Shown here one piece after another: positions 36,275 to 46,217 of a stretch of 64,000 nt of DNA. Made by a program: the position numbers and the translations under genes. Origin of the DNA: a bacterium (lineage in GTDB: Bacteria; Bacillota_I; Bacilli_A; RF39; UBA660); the NCBI GenBank assembly GCA_963641945.1, contig CAVIDW010000005.1, positions 348 to 64,347 on the forward strand, given 5' to 3'. A model generated the notes under the pieces. It was not told where the DNA came from and ran no database searches. It saw nothing but the letters and a program-made list of their open reading frames with translations. The first letter of the stretch is position 1. The number at the start of each line of letters is the position of its first letter.

Positions 36275-39082
36275 TTATTTAACTAATATTGTTTGAGTAA
36301 ATGTTCTTGATATGGATTTTGATTTATATGTAAATGTTACTGAATATGTTACTTTATATGTTCCTGATGCTGTATTTATTTTATTAAATTCTATTTTATT
36401 ATTATTTTTTGTAACATTTGTTACTGAAACATTTAATCCTGTAATATCCGTTTTTATATCAGTTGATTTATATTTGATTGAATCTATTGCTGAACTTGAA
36501 AGTTCACTTAAATTATCTCCAACTTTTATTACTTGATTTAGTCCATTCATTTTTACTTCAATATCGCTATCTTTAATTTCATTAGTTGTGTCTTGAGTAT
36601 CTGGTGTTATTTTACTATCACTTGCGAATAATAATTTGACGCCTTCACTTGCATTAGATTTAAATTTTGAATATGAGCTTCTAATAATTGCTCCATCATA
36701 ACCAGGATATGCACTTAAATCTATTGTATATGTTGTATCTGTAATCCATGCTATATGTTTTTCTGTAGTGCCTTGTGTTAGGTAAATATCAAATCCAAAG
36801 TCTCCAATATTATTTGTATTATAAGTAATTCTTTTATTTAAATAATCTTCTGCCCAAATTGTGTATCCTTCAGTGAAGTAATTTGTTAAATATGCTTTGT
36901 CTATTGCATTTGGAGTACCAGGTGATACCCATGATAATGTGACTTTTTTACCACTCATACTATAACTTACATTAATAGGTGAGGATAGTTTTGAAAATCT
37001 TGTAGAAGTTTCACTTGGCTCAGTTCCACTTATAAACATAAATTCTCCTTTTAAACTACTTGGTGTATATTCACTAGGTGAAGCAGCTGGGATAGTTTCT
37101 AATTCTACGCTTGCATTTGTTAAACCTTTAGGTCTTGTAAATTTAGCATTTGTTTCATATATTCTTTTAGCAAGTGTTGCTTGTATTTTAACTCTATCAG
37201 TATTTGCTTGGCTCATTAACATATATTGTTTGTCTTTTGCATTTTGTGCTGTTAATCCTTCAGGGAAGCCTAGCCAAATTGCCATTGCATAATCTTTTGT
37301 ATAACTTGATGTCCATGAATCTGGTATTACTGAACTTGATAATCCATATTTTTTTAGAAAATCTGTATCATAAGATGTTGTTCCTGTTTTTGTAGCTATT
37401 TGAGTTCCTGAAACCTTAACTGAACCGCTTGTTGCACTGGTTAATATACTTGTAATCATGTAAGCAGTTGTTTCTTTCATGACTCTTTTTCTTTCATGCT
37501 TTGGTTCATATGTTTCTTCTGTTTCTCTATAAACTATTTTAGTATATGAATATGGTTTTGTATAATAACCTCCATTTGCAAAAGCAGCATAAGCACCAGC
37601 AAGAACTACTGGAGTAGCACTATTGAATGTACCAATTGAATATGAATCAGGAAGAGTAGTGATATCTCCAAAATCAATTCCTAGACTTGTGGCAAATTCA
37701 TATTTTTGCTCATTTGTAGTAAGTCTAAATGCTTGTAATGCACATGTATTGACGGAGTTCTTTAAGCAATCTCTTGTTGTCATAAAACCTTTATTGCTTC
37801 CATTAAAGTTTCTCATGTATTCATTTCCATATGGTGTCTTTTCATCTATGAATGGTCCATATGTACTAAGATTTGCATATTCTATTGCTGGCCCATAGTC
37901 AATTATTGGCTTTGCTGTTGAACCAGGCATTCTTTTTGTTTGACCATAGAATGTAGCTAAATTTAATGTCATAGCTCCAGTTTTGTTTTTTCCAGCTCCT
38001 ACTGCTACTAAAGCACCTGTGTTTACATCAACTACTGCAATTCCTGCATCTTGTTTTGTTTTTCTAAATTTATATGTTTTATAAAAGTCATTTATTGCAT
38101 CTTGCTTTGAGGTAATCATTGTTGTGTAAATGTCCATTGGAACGTTGTAAGGGTTATTTCCAGTTTCATCTATAATTTCTTGTACTACTGTATCAATGAA
38201 TCCTTGATATTCATTTGTTTCAGTTGTAGAGTTGGCCAACATATCAGCTATTTCAATTGATCTTCCTGCATTATATTGCTCTTCACTAATATAGCCATGT
38301 CTTTTCATAAGATATAATACTGTATTTTTTCTATTATTTGCGTCATTTGGATTTACATAAGGATTATATCCGTTAGGTGACTGAAACATACCAGCTATTT
38401 GAGCAGCTTCTACGAGATTTAAGTCTTGAACATCTTTTCCAAAATAATATCGACTTGCTTGTTGAACTCCATATATATTTCCACCAAGACATGGTGTATT
38501 TACATAATATTCAATTATTTCTTCTTTGGTAAGGTTCTTTTCCATTTTAAATACAGCCATATATATATCTGTAAATTTTCTTACTATACCATCGAATCCT
38601 TCACTAACAAAATCAGTAAATGCTAATTTTGAAAGCTGCATTGTTAGAGTAGAAGCGCCTCCACCACCTTTACCAAGTATTTGACTAAAAGATGCTTTTA
38701 AAAATCTTGGGGCATCAAATCCATTATGCTGGAAGAATCTTGAGTCTTCTGTAGCTATAATTGCATCAATTAATACTTGTGGTAATTCATCATAAACTAC
38801 TTTTTGTCTTTGTTCTGATCCTAATGTTGTGATTAAGTTTCCTTCTGAACTATATACTCTTGATGCTTCTTTTTCAAACATTTGATTAATATCATATTCT
38901 GGAGCACTTTTAACTATATAATAGCAAAATCCAATTCCTGCTAATACACAAAGTATTCCTAATGATACTATAACTACCATAATCCAGTACCAAACTCTAA
39001 TTTTCTTTTTACCATTTTTGACACTATTTGTTTTTTTTGATAATATTTTCTTTTTCATATTACTCCTTAAAGTAAGCTTCAT
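36275..39082 (-). CDS. ponA: Class A bifunctional penicillin-binding protein (PBP1A/PonA) with a long C-terminal extension
   Basis: Glycosyltransferase motifs ATEDSRFFQHNGFD and GASTLTMQL. Transpeptidase motifs PGSTAKP and KTGTT. recU-ponA operon arrangement. Confidence 0.9.
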   Translation of the reverse strand: MKLTLRSNMKKKILSKKTNSVKNGKKKIRVWYWIMVVIVSLGILCVLAGIGFCYYIVKSAPEYDINQMFEKEASRVYSSEGNLITTLGSEQRQKVVYDELPQVLIDAIIATEDSRFFQHNGFDAPRFLKASFSQILGKGGGGASTLTMQLSKLAFTDFVSEGFDGIVRKFTDIYMAVFKMEKNLTKEEIIEYYVNTPCLGGNIYGVQQASRYYFGKDVQDLNLVEAAQIAGMFQSPNGYNPYVNPNDANNRKNTVLYLMKRHGYISEEQYNAGRSIEIADMLANSTTETNEYQGFIDTVVQEIIDETGNNPYNVPMDIYTTMITSKQDAINDFYKTYKFRKTKQDAGIAVVDVNTGALVAVGAGKNKTGAMTLNLATFYGQTKRMPGSTAKPIIDYGPAIEYANLSTYGPFIDEKTPYGNEYMRNFNGSNKGFMTTRDCLKNSVNTCALQAFRLTTNEQKYEFATSLGIDFGDITTLPDSYSIGTFNSATPVVLAGAYAAFANGGYYTKPYSYTKIVYRETEETYEPKHERKRVMKETTAYMITSILTSATSGSVKVSGTQIATKTGTTSYDTDFLKKYGLSSSVIPDSWTSSYTKDYAMAIWLGFPEGLTAQNAKDKQYMLMSQANTDRVKIQATLAKRIYETNAKFTRPKGLTNASVELETIPAASPSEYTPSSLKGEFMFISGTEPSETSTRFSKLSSPINVSYSMSGKKVTLSWVSPGTPNAIDKAYLTNYFTEGYTIWAEDYLNKRITYNTNNIGDFGFDIYLTQGTTEKHIAWITDTTYTIDLSAYPGYDGAIIRSSYSKFKSNASEGVKLLFASDSKITPDTQDTTNEIKDSDIEVKMNGLNQVIKVGDNLSELSSSAIDSIKYKSTDIKTDITGLNVSVTNVTKNNNKIEFNKINTASGTYKVTYSVTFTYKSKSISRTFTQTILVK

Positions 39083-39584
39083 CTACACAATCTAAATATT
39101 TTAGTCTTGGCGTATAGCTTTCTTTTATTTGATATCCTTTTTTCATAATATAATCATATTCAATAGATTTTCTTTCATTATTATTTGTATAATCTATTAA
39201 ATCTTCTCCTTTTAATAAATAAAATTTATCATTCATAAAAATAATTAGAAATACTATTCCTTTTTGTTTTATAACTCTTTTAATATGTTCTAATTGATGG
39301 CTTTTTATATTAGCAAGTGGAAATGATGTTTTAGAATGACATTCTTTAGCATCAAATTCAATATATTTTTCTCTATAAATACCATTATAATCTAATGTAG
39401 ATATATTTGAATAAACAGCTTTATCTATTAAATGTGATGAACTTGAAGGGTAACTTACATTTAATACTTTAATAGGTGTAGGTTTTTTATATATTAAACA
39501 TTTTTCTATGCTGTTATAGTAAGTGTTTGCATCATTTAATATATTTTCTAAAAACATACCTCTATTTTTAAATGAAGAGTCCTT
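39060..39584 (-). CDS. recU: Holliday junction resolvase RecU
   Basis: ...NRGMFLENILNDANTYYNSIEKCLIYKKPTPIKV... and the ...YIEFDAKEC... nuclease core. GGTGA RBS before the ATG at 39584. The ORF-track TTG start at 39632 is rejected. Confidence 0.85.
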   Translation of the reverse strand, partial: KDSSFKNRGMFLENILNDANTYYNSIEKCLIYKKPTPIKVLNVSYPSSSSHLIDKAVYSNISTLDYNGIYREKYIEFDAKECHSKTSFPLANIKSHQLEHIKRVIKQKGIVFLIIFMNDKFYLLKGEDLIDYTNNNERKSIEYDYIMKKGYQIKESYTPRLKYLDCVDEAYFKE

Positions 39585-39722
39585 CATCAAAATCACCAAT
39601 ATAATTATACTATATTTGTACTTTTTTTTCAAAAAAGTATTATTTGATAGTGTAAACTAATTAAATATTTATTTTTTCTTATTTGTATGTTATAATAATT
39701 TTTGTTTTTAAAGGGAGATAAT

Positions 39723-40115
39723 ATGAAGAAAGTTTTATATTGTTTATTGTTAATTAGTTTCTTATTTATAAATATAACAAGTTTAAGTGCTGAGAGTGAT
39801 ACTGGAATAGAAACACCTGAAAATTGGAAAATATCAGAAGAAGATATGACTTGTGAAGAATTGCTTGGTAGTAATTTAACTAAAATAGTACATTTATGTG
39901 TAACAGTCGTTAAGGTTATTGGTGCTATTGGTGCTATTTTGTATGGAATTATTATGTTCCTACCTGTTATTATGGTTGATGATCCAAAAGAATTAAATAA
40001 AGCATTAAGCAAAGCAGTTAAAATGTTAATAGTATTAATTTTAATTCTTTTGTTACCATCTTTAATTAAAATAATAGGAAATATATTTGACTTTGATTTA
40101 ACATGCTTGATATAG
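39723..40115 (+). CDS. Small secreted/membrane protein: signal peptide plus a conserved two-TM C-terminal module (paralog of 40190)
   Basis: AGGGAG RBS. Signal peptide ...NITSLSA|ESD. The 99-aa module PENWKISEEDMTCEELLGSNLTKIV...FDFDLTCLI is about 60% identical to the C-terminus of the next gene. Terminator gacac-ttttt-gtgtc plus T-run at 40117-40137. Confidence 0.6.
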   Translation: MKKVLYCLLLISFLFINITSLSAESDTGIETPENWKISEEDMTCEELLGSNLTKIVHLCVTVVKVIGAIGAILYGIIMFLPVIMVDDPKELNKALSKAVKMLIVLILILLLPSLIKIIGNIFDFDLTCLI

Positions 40116-40189
40116 ACACTTTTTGTGTCTTTTTTATTGAAATATATTTTTTCTAATGATAAAATTGTATTAACAATGTAGGTGATAAT

Positions 40190-41509
40190 ATGAAAAAATA
40201 TATAAAATGCGTCTTTTTATTTTTTACTACTTTTATTTTGTTTAGTTCAACATTATTCGCTGAAGCAACTTCTTGTATTAATGATTTTAAAGATAGAAAA
40301 TGTGATTTTAGTGTTGGCGTATTTTATAAATGTAATAATTTGTCTTATTCAAAAGCATATAAAGGGCATTATACTGATGTTAAAAATAGAAGTAGAGAAA
40401 TATATGCATTTTGCTATTATGCAGGTGATGGAAAGTATTTTTATGAGTTGGTTTATGATGGCTATAATGGATGTAAGAGAGGCGGCAAAAATTATTATGT
40501 AATTAATAAAAATAATCGTCTAGTTCAAACTCAAGATTTGTCTGAGTCTATATCTGTTCTTGGAGATGATGCTATAACATCACAAAATGTTGGATGTGCA
40601 CCATATTTCTTTTATGATGAAACAAGATCAAAAACAAAAGCAATTTTTTCTTATACAAAATTGGATGAATATGATTGGTTTCCTAATGAAAATTTAGAAT
40701 TTACAACTGCTGATACAGAATCTGGAAATAAAATTAAGACGTGTGTTTCAAAAAAACTCAGTTCAAGTAGTTTTTGCAATTCTTCTAACAAAAAAAATTT
40801 TGTTTCAAATGCGATTGATAGTTGTATGAAGAAGCAAGGCCTTGCTTATGAAAAAGATAGTGATGCATATAAAACTTTAATTAATGAATTGAATACTTCG
40901 TTTAATAATAAATACATTCAAGATTCTATTTATGCTTGTAAATTTAAAGAGTGTGGGGTTAGTTCTGAAAGTATTACAAAATACTTCAATTCATCTGCAT
41001 CTAATGGTGCATATAGTGATGAAACTCTAATGCAAAATGCTGGATTTACTAGTACTCAAATTTCATGTGCTCTTAAAGTAATTAATTCAGAAGAAATTAA
41101 AGAAGAAATTAATGATGTTGCTGATACCGCAAGTGAACAAATTGATTCTACAATGGAGGATATTCAAAGCGATTTAGATTTTAAGAGTGATGGTGATAGC
41201 CCTAATGTACCTGACGGATGGAATATATCCGATGAAGAGATGACTTGTGAAGAATTACTTGGCAGTAATTTAACTAAGATAGTAAATGTAGGTGTAACAG
41301 CAATTAGAGTAATTGGAGCACTTGCAACTATAATATTTGGAATAGTTGCCTACATACCTGCAGTTAGTGGAGATAATCCTGAATTATTAAAAAAAGCAAA
41401 TTCAAAAGCTATAAAACTGGGTATAATACTTATATTTATTTTATTGCTTCCATCTCTTGTTAAAATAATAGGAAATGTATTTGACTTTGATTTAACTTGT
41501 TTAATGTAA
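40190..41509 (+). CDS. Secreted Cys-rich protein (439 aa) ending in the same two-TM module
   Basis: Signal peptide ...SSTLFA|EA. Cys-rich ectodomain of about 320 aa. C-terminal PDGWNISDEEMTCEELLGSNLTKIV...FDFDLTCLM. A terminator hairpin acacgtaa/ttacgtgt follows. Confidence 0.6.
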   Translation: MKKYIKCVFLFFTTFILFSSTLFAEATSCINDFKDRKCDFSVGVFYKCNNLSYSKAYKGHYTDVKNRSREIYAFCYYAGDGKYFYELVYDGYNGCKRGGKNYYVINKNNRLVQTQDLSESISVLGDDAITSQNVGCAPYFFYDETRSKTKAIFSYTKLDEYDWFPNENLEFTTADTESGNKIKTCVSKKLSSSSFCNSSNKKNFVSNAIDSCMKKQGLAYEKDSDAYKTLINELNTSFNNKYIQDSIYACKFKECGVSSESITKYFNSSASNGAYSDETLMQNAGFTSTQISCALKVINSEEIKEEINDVADTASEQIDSTMEDIQSDLDFKSDGDSPNVPDGWNISDEEMTCEELLGSNLTKIVNVGVTAIRVIGALATIIFGIVAYIPAVSGDNPELLKKANSKAIKLGIILIFILLLPSLVKIIGNVFDFDLTCLM

Positions 41510-41679
41510 CACGTAAGAAATTACGTGTTTTTTGTTGAAATAAATGCTTATGTGTGATAAAATAATTTCGCTTTAAGAAAAAAGACATATTTGTTGATTT
41601 AATATTCCAGTGCTTAAATTTTTTAAGTGAATATTAATTTTAAGACAAATAGAAGTAAAAACGAAGGGAGAGAAGAAAT

Positions 41680-42582
41680 ATGGCAGTAATTGCAAAAAGT
41701 TATTTATTAGAAGCTGGTGTACATTTTGGACATCAAGCTAAAAGATGGAATCCTAAAATGAAGGAATACATTTTTACAACAAGAGATGACATTCATATTA
41801 TTGATTTACAAAAAACTGTTGACAAAATAGAAGAGGCTTACGCTGAACTTCTTAAAGCATGTGAAAATGGTGGTAAGGTTCTATTTGTTGGTACTAAGAA
41901 ACAAGCTAAAGAAGCTAGTATTGAAGAAGCAGCAAGATGTCAAAGTTTTTATGTAACTGAAAGATGGTTGGGAGGAACTTTAACTAATTTTAGAACAATT
42001 AGAGATAGAGTTAAAAGACTAATCGAAATTGAAAAAATGGAAAGTGATGGTAAGTTTGAATTACTTCCTAAAAAAGAAGTTGCTAAAATTCAAAAGGAAT
42101 ATGAAAGATTAAACAAACTTCTTGGTGGAATTAGAGAAATGGATAAATTACCAAAAGCTATCATTGTTGTTGATCCTAGAGTAGAAATTAATGCTATTCG
42201 TGAAGCTAGAAAATTACATATTCCTGTATTTGGAATTGTGGATACTAACTGTGATCCTGATGATGTAGATTTCCCAATTCCAGCAAATGATGATGCTGTT
42301 AGAAGTGTTAAAGTTGTTTTGGGTGTATTGGCTAACGCTGTATGTGAAGCTAATGGTCTTGAATTAGTTGATTATGTAACTGAAGATGAAACAGCTAAAA
42401 ATACTAAAGAAATTAAAGTTGAAACTAAAGTAGTTGAACTTGACAATTTCGAAGAAGAAAAGAATAGTGAATCTGATTATGAAGGAATGACAGTTTCTGA
42501 TTTAAAAAAGATTGCTAAAGAAAAAGGTATTGCTGGTTATTCAACTATGAAAAAAGATGAATTAATCGAAGCATTAAAGTAG
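41680..42582 (+). CDS. rpsB: 30S ribosomal protein S2 with a C-terminal Rho_N/SAP-like tail
   Basis: [15 protein letters not shown] core. Acidic linker of about 60 aa. The tail [31 protein letters not shown] is the extra part. Confidence 0.92.
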   Translation: MAVIAKSYLLEAGVHFGHQAKRWNPKMKEYIFTTRDDIHIIDLQKTVDKIEEAYAELLKACENGGKVLFVGTKKQAKEASIEEAARCQSFYVTERWLGGTLTNFRTIRDRVKRLIEIEKMESDGKFELLPKKEVAKIQKEYERLNKLLGGIREMDKLPKAIIVVDPRVEINAIREARKLHIPVFGIVDTNCDPDDVDFPIPANDDAVRSVKVVLGVLANAVCEANGLELVDYVTEDETAKNTKEIKVETKVVELDNFEEEKNSESDYEGMTVSDLKKIAKEKGIAGYSTMKKDELIEALK

Positions 42583-42591
42583 GAGGAAATT

Positions 42592-43464
42592 ATGGATATT
42601 AGTGCAAGCATGGTTAAAGAATTAAGAGAAAAAACTGGTGCTGGAATGATGGACTGCAAAAAAGCTTTGGTTGAAAGTAATGGAGACATGGATAAAGCAG
42701 TTGATTATTTAAGAGAAAAAGGAATTTCTAAAGCAGCTAAGAAAGCTGAAAGAATTGCTGCTGAAGGATTATCTAATATTTATATTAAGGGAAATAAAGC
42801 TGTAGTAGTTGAATTAAACTCAGAAACTGATTTTGTTGCTAAGAATGAAGAATTTAAAGGATTATTAGATAAAATTGGTAATACCATTTTAGATAATAAT
42901 GTTTCTACTATGGAAGATGCTTTAAATAGTAAATGTGGTAATGAAACAGTTAATGATTTAATTGTTAATGCTACTGCTAAAATTGGTGAAAAGATTAGTT
43001 TAAGAAGATTTGAAGTTGTAGAAAAAGCTGATAATGAAGTATTCGGTTCATATTTGCATATGGGCGGTAAGATTTCATCATTAACTGTAGTTGAAGGTGA
43101 AAATGAAGAAGTAGCTCGTGATGTAGCAATGCAAGCAGCAGCTATGAGACCATTATATACAAATATTGATAGTGTTCCAGCTGAAGATTTAGAACATGAA
43201 AAATCTGTAATTAAAGAACAAGTAATCAATGAAGGTAAGAAACCTGAATTTGCTGAAAAAATTGTTGAAGGTAGAATTAGAAAATTCTACGAAGAAACAG
43301 TTTTAGAAGAACAAGCATTTATTAAAGATTCTGGTTTAACTGTTAAAGCTTATTTAGAAAATAATAATTCTAAATTAGTTAAATTAGTTAAATATGAAGT
43401 AGGCGAAGGTATGGAAAAAAGAAATGATAACTTTGCTGAAGAAGTAATGAGTCAAATAAAGTAA
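42592..43464 (+). CDS. tsf: Elongation factor Ts
   Basis: N-terminal UBA-like MVKELREKTGAGMMDCKKAL. rpsB-tsf operon. Confidence 0.92.
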   Translation: MDISASMVKELREKTGAGMMDCKKALVESNGDMDKAVDYLREKGISKAAKKAERIAAEGLSNIYIKGNKAVVVELNSETDFVAKNEEFKGLLDKIGNTILDNNVSTMEDALNSKCGNETVNDLIVNATAKIGEKISLRRFEVVEKADNEVFGSYLHMGGKISSLTVVEGENEEVARDVAMQAAAMRPLYTNIDSVPAEDLEHEKSVIKEQVINEGKKPEFAEKIVEGRIRKFYEETVLEEQAFIKDSGLTVKAYLENNNSKLVKLVKYEVGEGMEKRNDNFAEEVMSQIK

Positions 43465-43467
43465 TTT

Positions 43468-43495
43468 AAAAATCTTTCTTTTGAAAGATTTTTTG
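43468..43495 (+). terminator. Rho-independent terminator of rpsB-tsf
   Basis: aaaaatctttc-tttt-gaaagattttt. Confidence 0.75.
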
Positions 43496-43588
43496 CTTAT
43501 TTAAATTTAATTTTATTGTATAATTTACTTGAAATTTGGTACTTTTTGTACTATAATCAAATATAGTCATGAAGGGAGGGAAGAAATA

Positions 43589-43780
43589 ATGACACACGTT
43601 GAAGTAAAAGATGGTAATGTTGAGGGTGCATTAAAACGTTTTAAAATGAAAGTGCAAAGAAGCGGAGTCCCTACTGAAATGAAGAAAAGAAGAGAATACT
43701 TAAAAGCTGGAGTAGTTAGAAGAGAAGCAAAAAAAGAAGCTATTAGAAACGCTAAAAAACATAATAAACAAAGATATTAA
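43589..43780 (+). CDS. rpsU: 30S ribosomal protein S21
   Basis: MTHVEVKDGNVEGALKRFKMKVQRSG..., 63 aa. GGGAGGGAAG RBS. The ORF-track upstream TTG start is rejected. Confidence 0.88.
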   Translation: MTHVEVKDGNVEGALKRFKMKVQRSGVPTEMKKRREYLKAGVVRREAKKEAIRNAKKHNKQRY

Positions 43781-43805
43781 TAATATTAAATAAGGAGTGA
43801 ATGCT

Positions 43806-44255
43806 ATGTTATATGAAACTATATCAAATGATATGAAAGAAGCTATGAAAGCTCATGATAAAGATTCATTAAATACTATTAGATTATTAAAATCAGCTAT
43901 TGATTTATATTTAGTTAATAATAAAATGGATAGAAATGCTTGTAGTGATGAGATTGTTATAGATGTAGTAAGTAAACAGGTTAAAACTCATAAAGAAAGC
44001 ATTGAGGAATTTAAAAAAGGTAATAGACAAGATTTAGTAGATGGATTATTAAAAGAAATTGAATTATTAAGTAAGTATTTACCTGAACAATTATCTGAAG
44101 AAGATGTAAAAAAAGAAATAGATAAAGCGTTTGATAAAATAAAACCTACTTCTATGAAAGATATGGGTGCTTTAATGAAAGAATTAATGCCTATACTTAA
44201 AGGTAAAGCTGATATGAGTCAAGTCAATGCTATTATTAGAGAAAAATTAAATTAG
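43806..44255 (+). CDS. yqeY: GatB/YqeY domain protein
   Basis: MLYETISNDMKEAMKAHDK..LNTIRLLKSAI... rpsU-yqeY synteny. AAGGAG RBS 8 nt upstream of the ATG at 43806. Confidence 0.8.
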   Translation: MLYETISNDMKEAMKAHDKDSLNTIRLLKSAIDLYLVNNKMDRNACSDEIVIDVVSKQVKTHKESIEEFKKGNRQDLVDGLLKEIELLSKYLPEQLSEEDVKKEIDKAFDKIKPTSMKDMGALMKELMPILKGKADMSQVNAIIREKLN

Positions 44256-44695
44256 AACATATTTTTGTTCTTTTTTATTGTTTTTATATATTGTTTAACA
44301 GTTGAATCCTTTATATTATTGATATATAGTATATGATAAGAGGAACGAAAAATATATTAGTGAATCTATAAAATATAAAAAGATATCTACAAAAAGTTTT
44401 TAAAGATAGATATGATTGGAGAAGAATTGGATTATTGTATAATTCTTAATAGTCAATGTTAAGTAGAAAAATTAGTTGTAGTTAATAATTCATATTATAT
44501 AATACTTAGTGATGTTTAAAATATAAATTCTATAATAAAAGGAAATATACAAGAAGGTAAATAAAGTGTTATGTTTTTGCATTTGAAATTAAAACATGAA
44601 AAATATGTTTAAATTAAAAATAAATCAAAAATAATTCATATATAATTAAATGATAGTGACTTTTATAGTCACTTTTAATGTGATATAATTTTTTT

Positions 44696-45577
44696 ATGAT
44701 GATTATTGTATATTTATTTATATTAATTATGATTGGTTTGATAGTGTATTTATGTACTTTAAATATTATTTTTTGTGTAATTATAATTATTTTAACTATT
44801 ATATTTTTAATCTTGTTATTGATGAGTCATGTTAAATTTGAGGTTAATAAGTTTGATATAGTTAGTCATAAAATAGATAAAAACATTAAAATAATGTTGA
44901 TGGCTGATATGCATAATAGAGAAATATTAAATAGGATTGTTAAAACTATAAGTGAAGAAACGCCAGATTATATTATTATGTGTGGTGATATGATTAATGA
45001 AAATCTAAAAGATATTAAAAATTTCATAAAATTATTAGATAAAATAGATAGCAATAAAATTTATTATATATTTGGCAATCATGAAGAAGAGTTATGTAAA
45101 AATGATAAAGATGAATATTACAAGATATTAAAAAAATATAAGATAAATTTGCTTAATAATAAAAGCGTTAAACTTAGTAATAATATTATATTAAATGGTA
45201 TTTGTGTTCCATATGAATTTTATAAGTTTATGGGTAAAAAGATTTCTAAAAAAGATTTTGATAAATATTTAAATAAATGTGAAACGGACAAATATAATAT
45301 ATTAGTTGCTCATAATCCATTATGGAATCTGTATTATAAAGAATTTAATTATGATTTATGTTTGAGTGGTCACATTCATGGTGGAATGTTTAGGTTTCCT
45401 GTTATTGGTGGTTTACTTTCCCCAGATTATAAGTTTTTCCCTAAATATTCTAAAGGAAAATATGAAGTTGGAAAAATGACTAGTATAGTTTCTAGTGGAA
45501 TTGGTTATAGTAGAAGAATAAAAATGAGAATATTAAATCCTGGCGAAGTGGTAATTATAAACTTATTAAAAAAATAA
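44696..45577 (+). CDS. Membrane-anchored metallophosphoesterase
   Basis: N-terminal TM helices. Motifs MADMHN, CGDMIN, GNHE and SGHIHGG. Confidence 0.7.
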   Translation: MMIIVYLFILIMIGLIVYLCTLNIIFCVIIIILTIIFLILLLMSHVKFEVNKFDIVSHKIDKNIKIMLMADMHNREILNRIVKTISEETPDYIIMCGDMINENLKDIKNFIKLLDKIDSNKIYYIFGNHEEELCKNDKDEYYKILKKYKINLLNNKSVKLSNNIILNGICVPYEFYKFMGKKISKKDFDKYLNKCETDKYNILVAHNPLWNLYYKEFNYDLCLSGHIHGGMFRFPVIGGLLSPDYKFFPKYSKGKYEVGKMTSIVSSGIGYSRRIKMRILNPGEVVIINLLKK

Positions 45578-45611
45578 CAAAATTATGATATACTATGTTA
45601 TGGAGTAGAAT

Positions 45612-46217
45612 ATGAATTATTTTATTTATAAAGTTGTAAGGTTTATTGGAAGACCAATTTATAAAATTGTTTTTAGACCTAAATATTATGGTGTAGATAA
45701 TATTCCTAGAAAAGGGGCAGTTATACTTGCTGGTAATCATACTAATAATTTAGATGCAGTTATGATGATAGGAGCACCTAAAAGGGTTGTACACATGATG
45801 TCAAAAAAAGAATTATTTAGTAATAAAATATCTAATTGCTTTTTTAGAAGTATGGGTTGTATTAGTGTAAATAGAGGTATACATGATGAGTATGCTAAAA
45901 GTGAAGCAATAGATGTTTTAAAAAAAAATGAGGTTCTTGGTATATTTCCAGAAGGGACAGTCAATAAAACATTATATAAAGATAATGAAAAATTAATATT
46001 GCCATTTAAATATGGAGCAGTTTCTTTTGCTAAAAAGACTAATGCATATATAGTGCCTTTTGCTATTAATGGAAAGTATAAAATATTTAGTAAAGACTTA
46101 AAAATAACTTTTGGTAAACCATATAAAGTTACAGGTGATTTAGAAAATGAAAATGAGAAGTTAATGAATATTGTTAGTAAAATGATACTGGAGGGAAGAA
46201 ATGAAAAAAGAAAGTGA
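45612..46217 (+). CDS. Lysophospholipid (1-acylglycerol-3-phosphate) acyltransferase family protein
   Basis: HxxxxD motif (NHTNNLD) and FPEGT motif. 201 aa. Confidence 0.75.
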   Translation: MNYFIYKVVRFIGRPIYKIVFRPKYYGVDNIPRKGAVILAGNHTNNLDAVMMIGAPKRVVHMMSKKELFSNKISNCFFRSMGCISVNRGIHDEYAKSEAIDVLKKNEVLGIFPEGTVNKTLYKDNEKLILPFKYGAVSFAKKTNAYIVPFAINGKYKIFSKDLKITFGKPYKVTGDLENENEKLMNIVSKMILEGRNEKRK

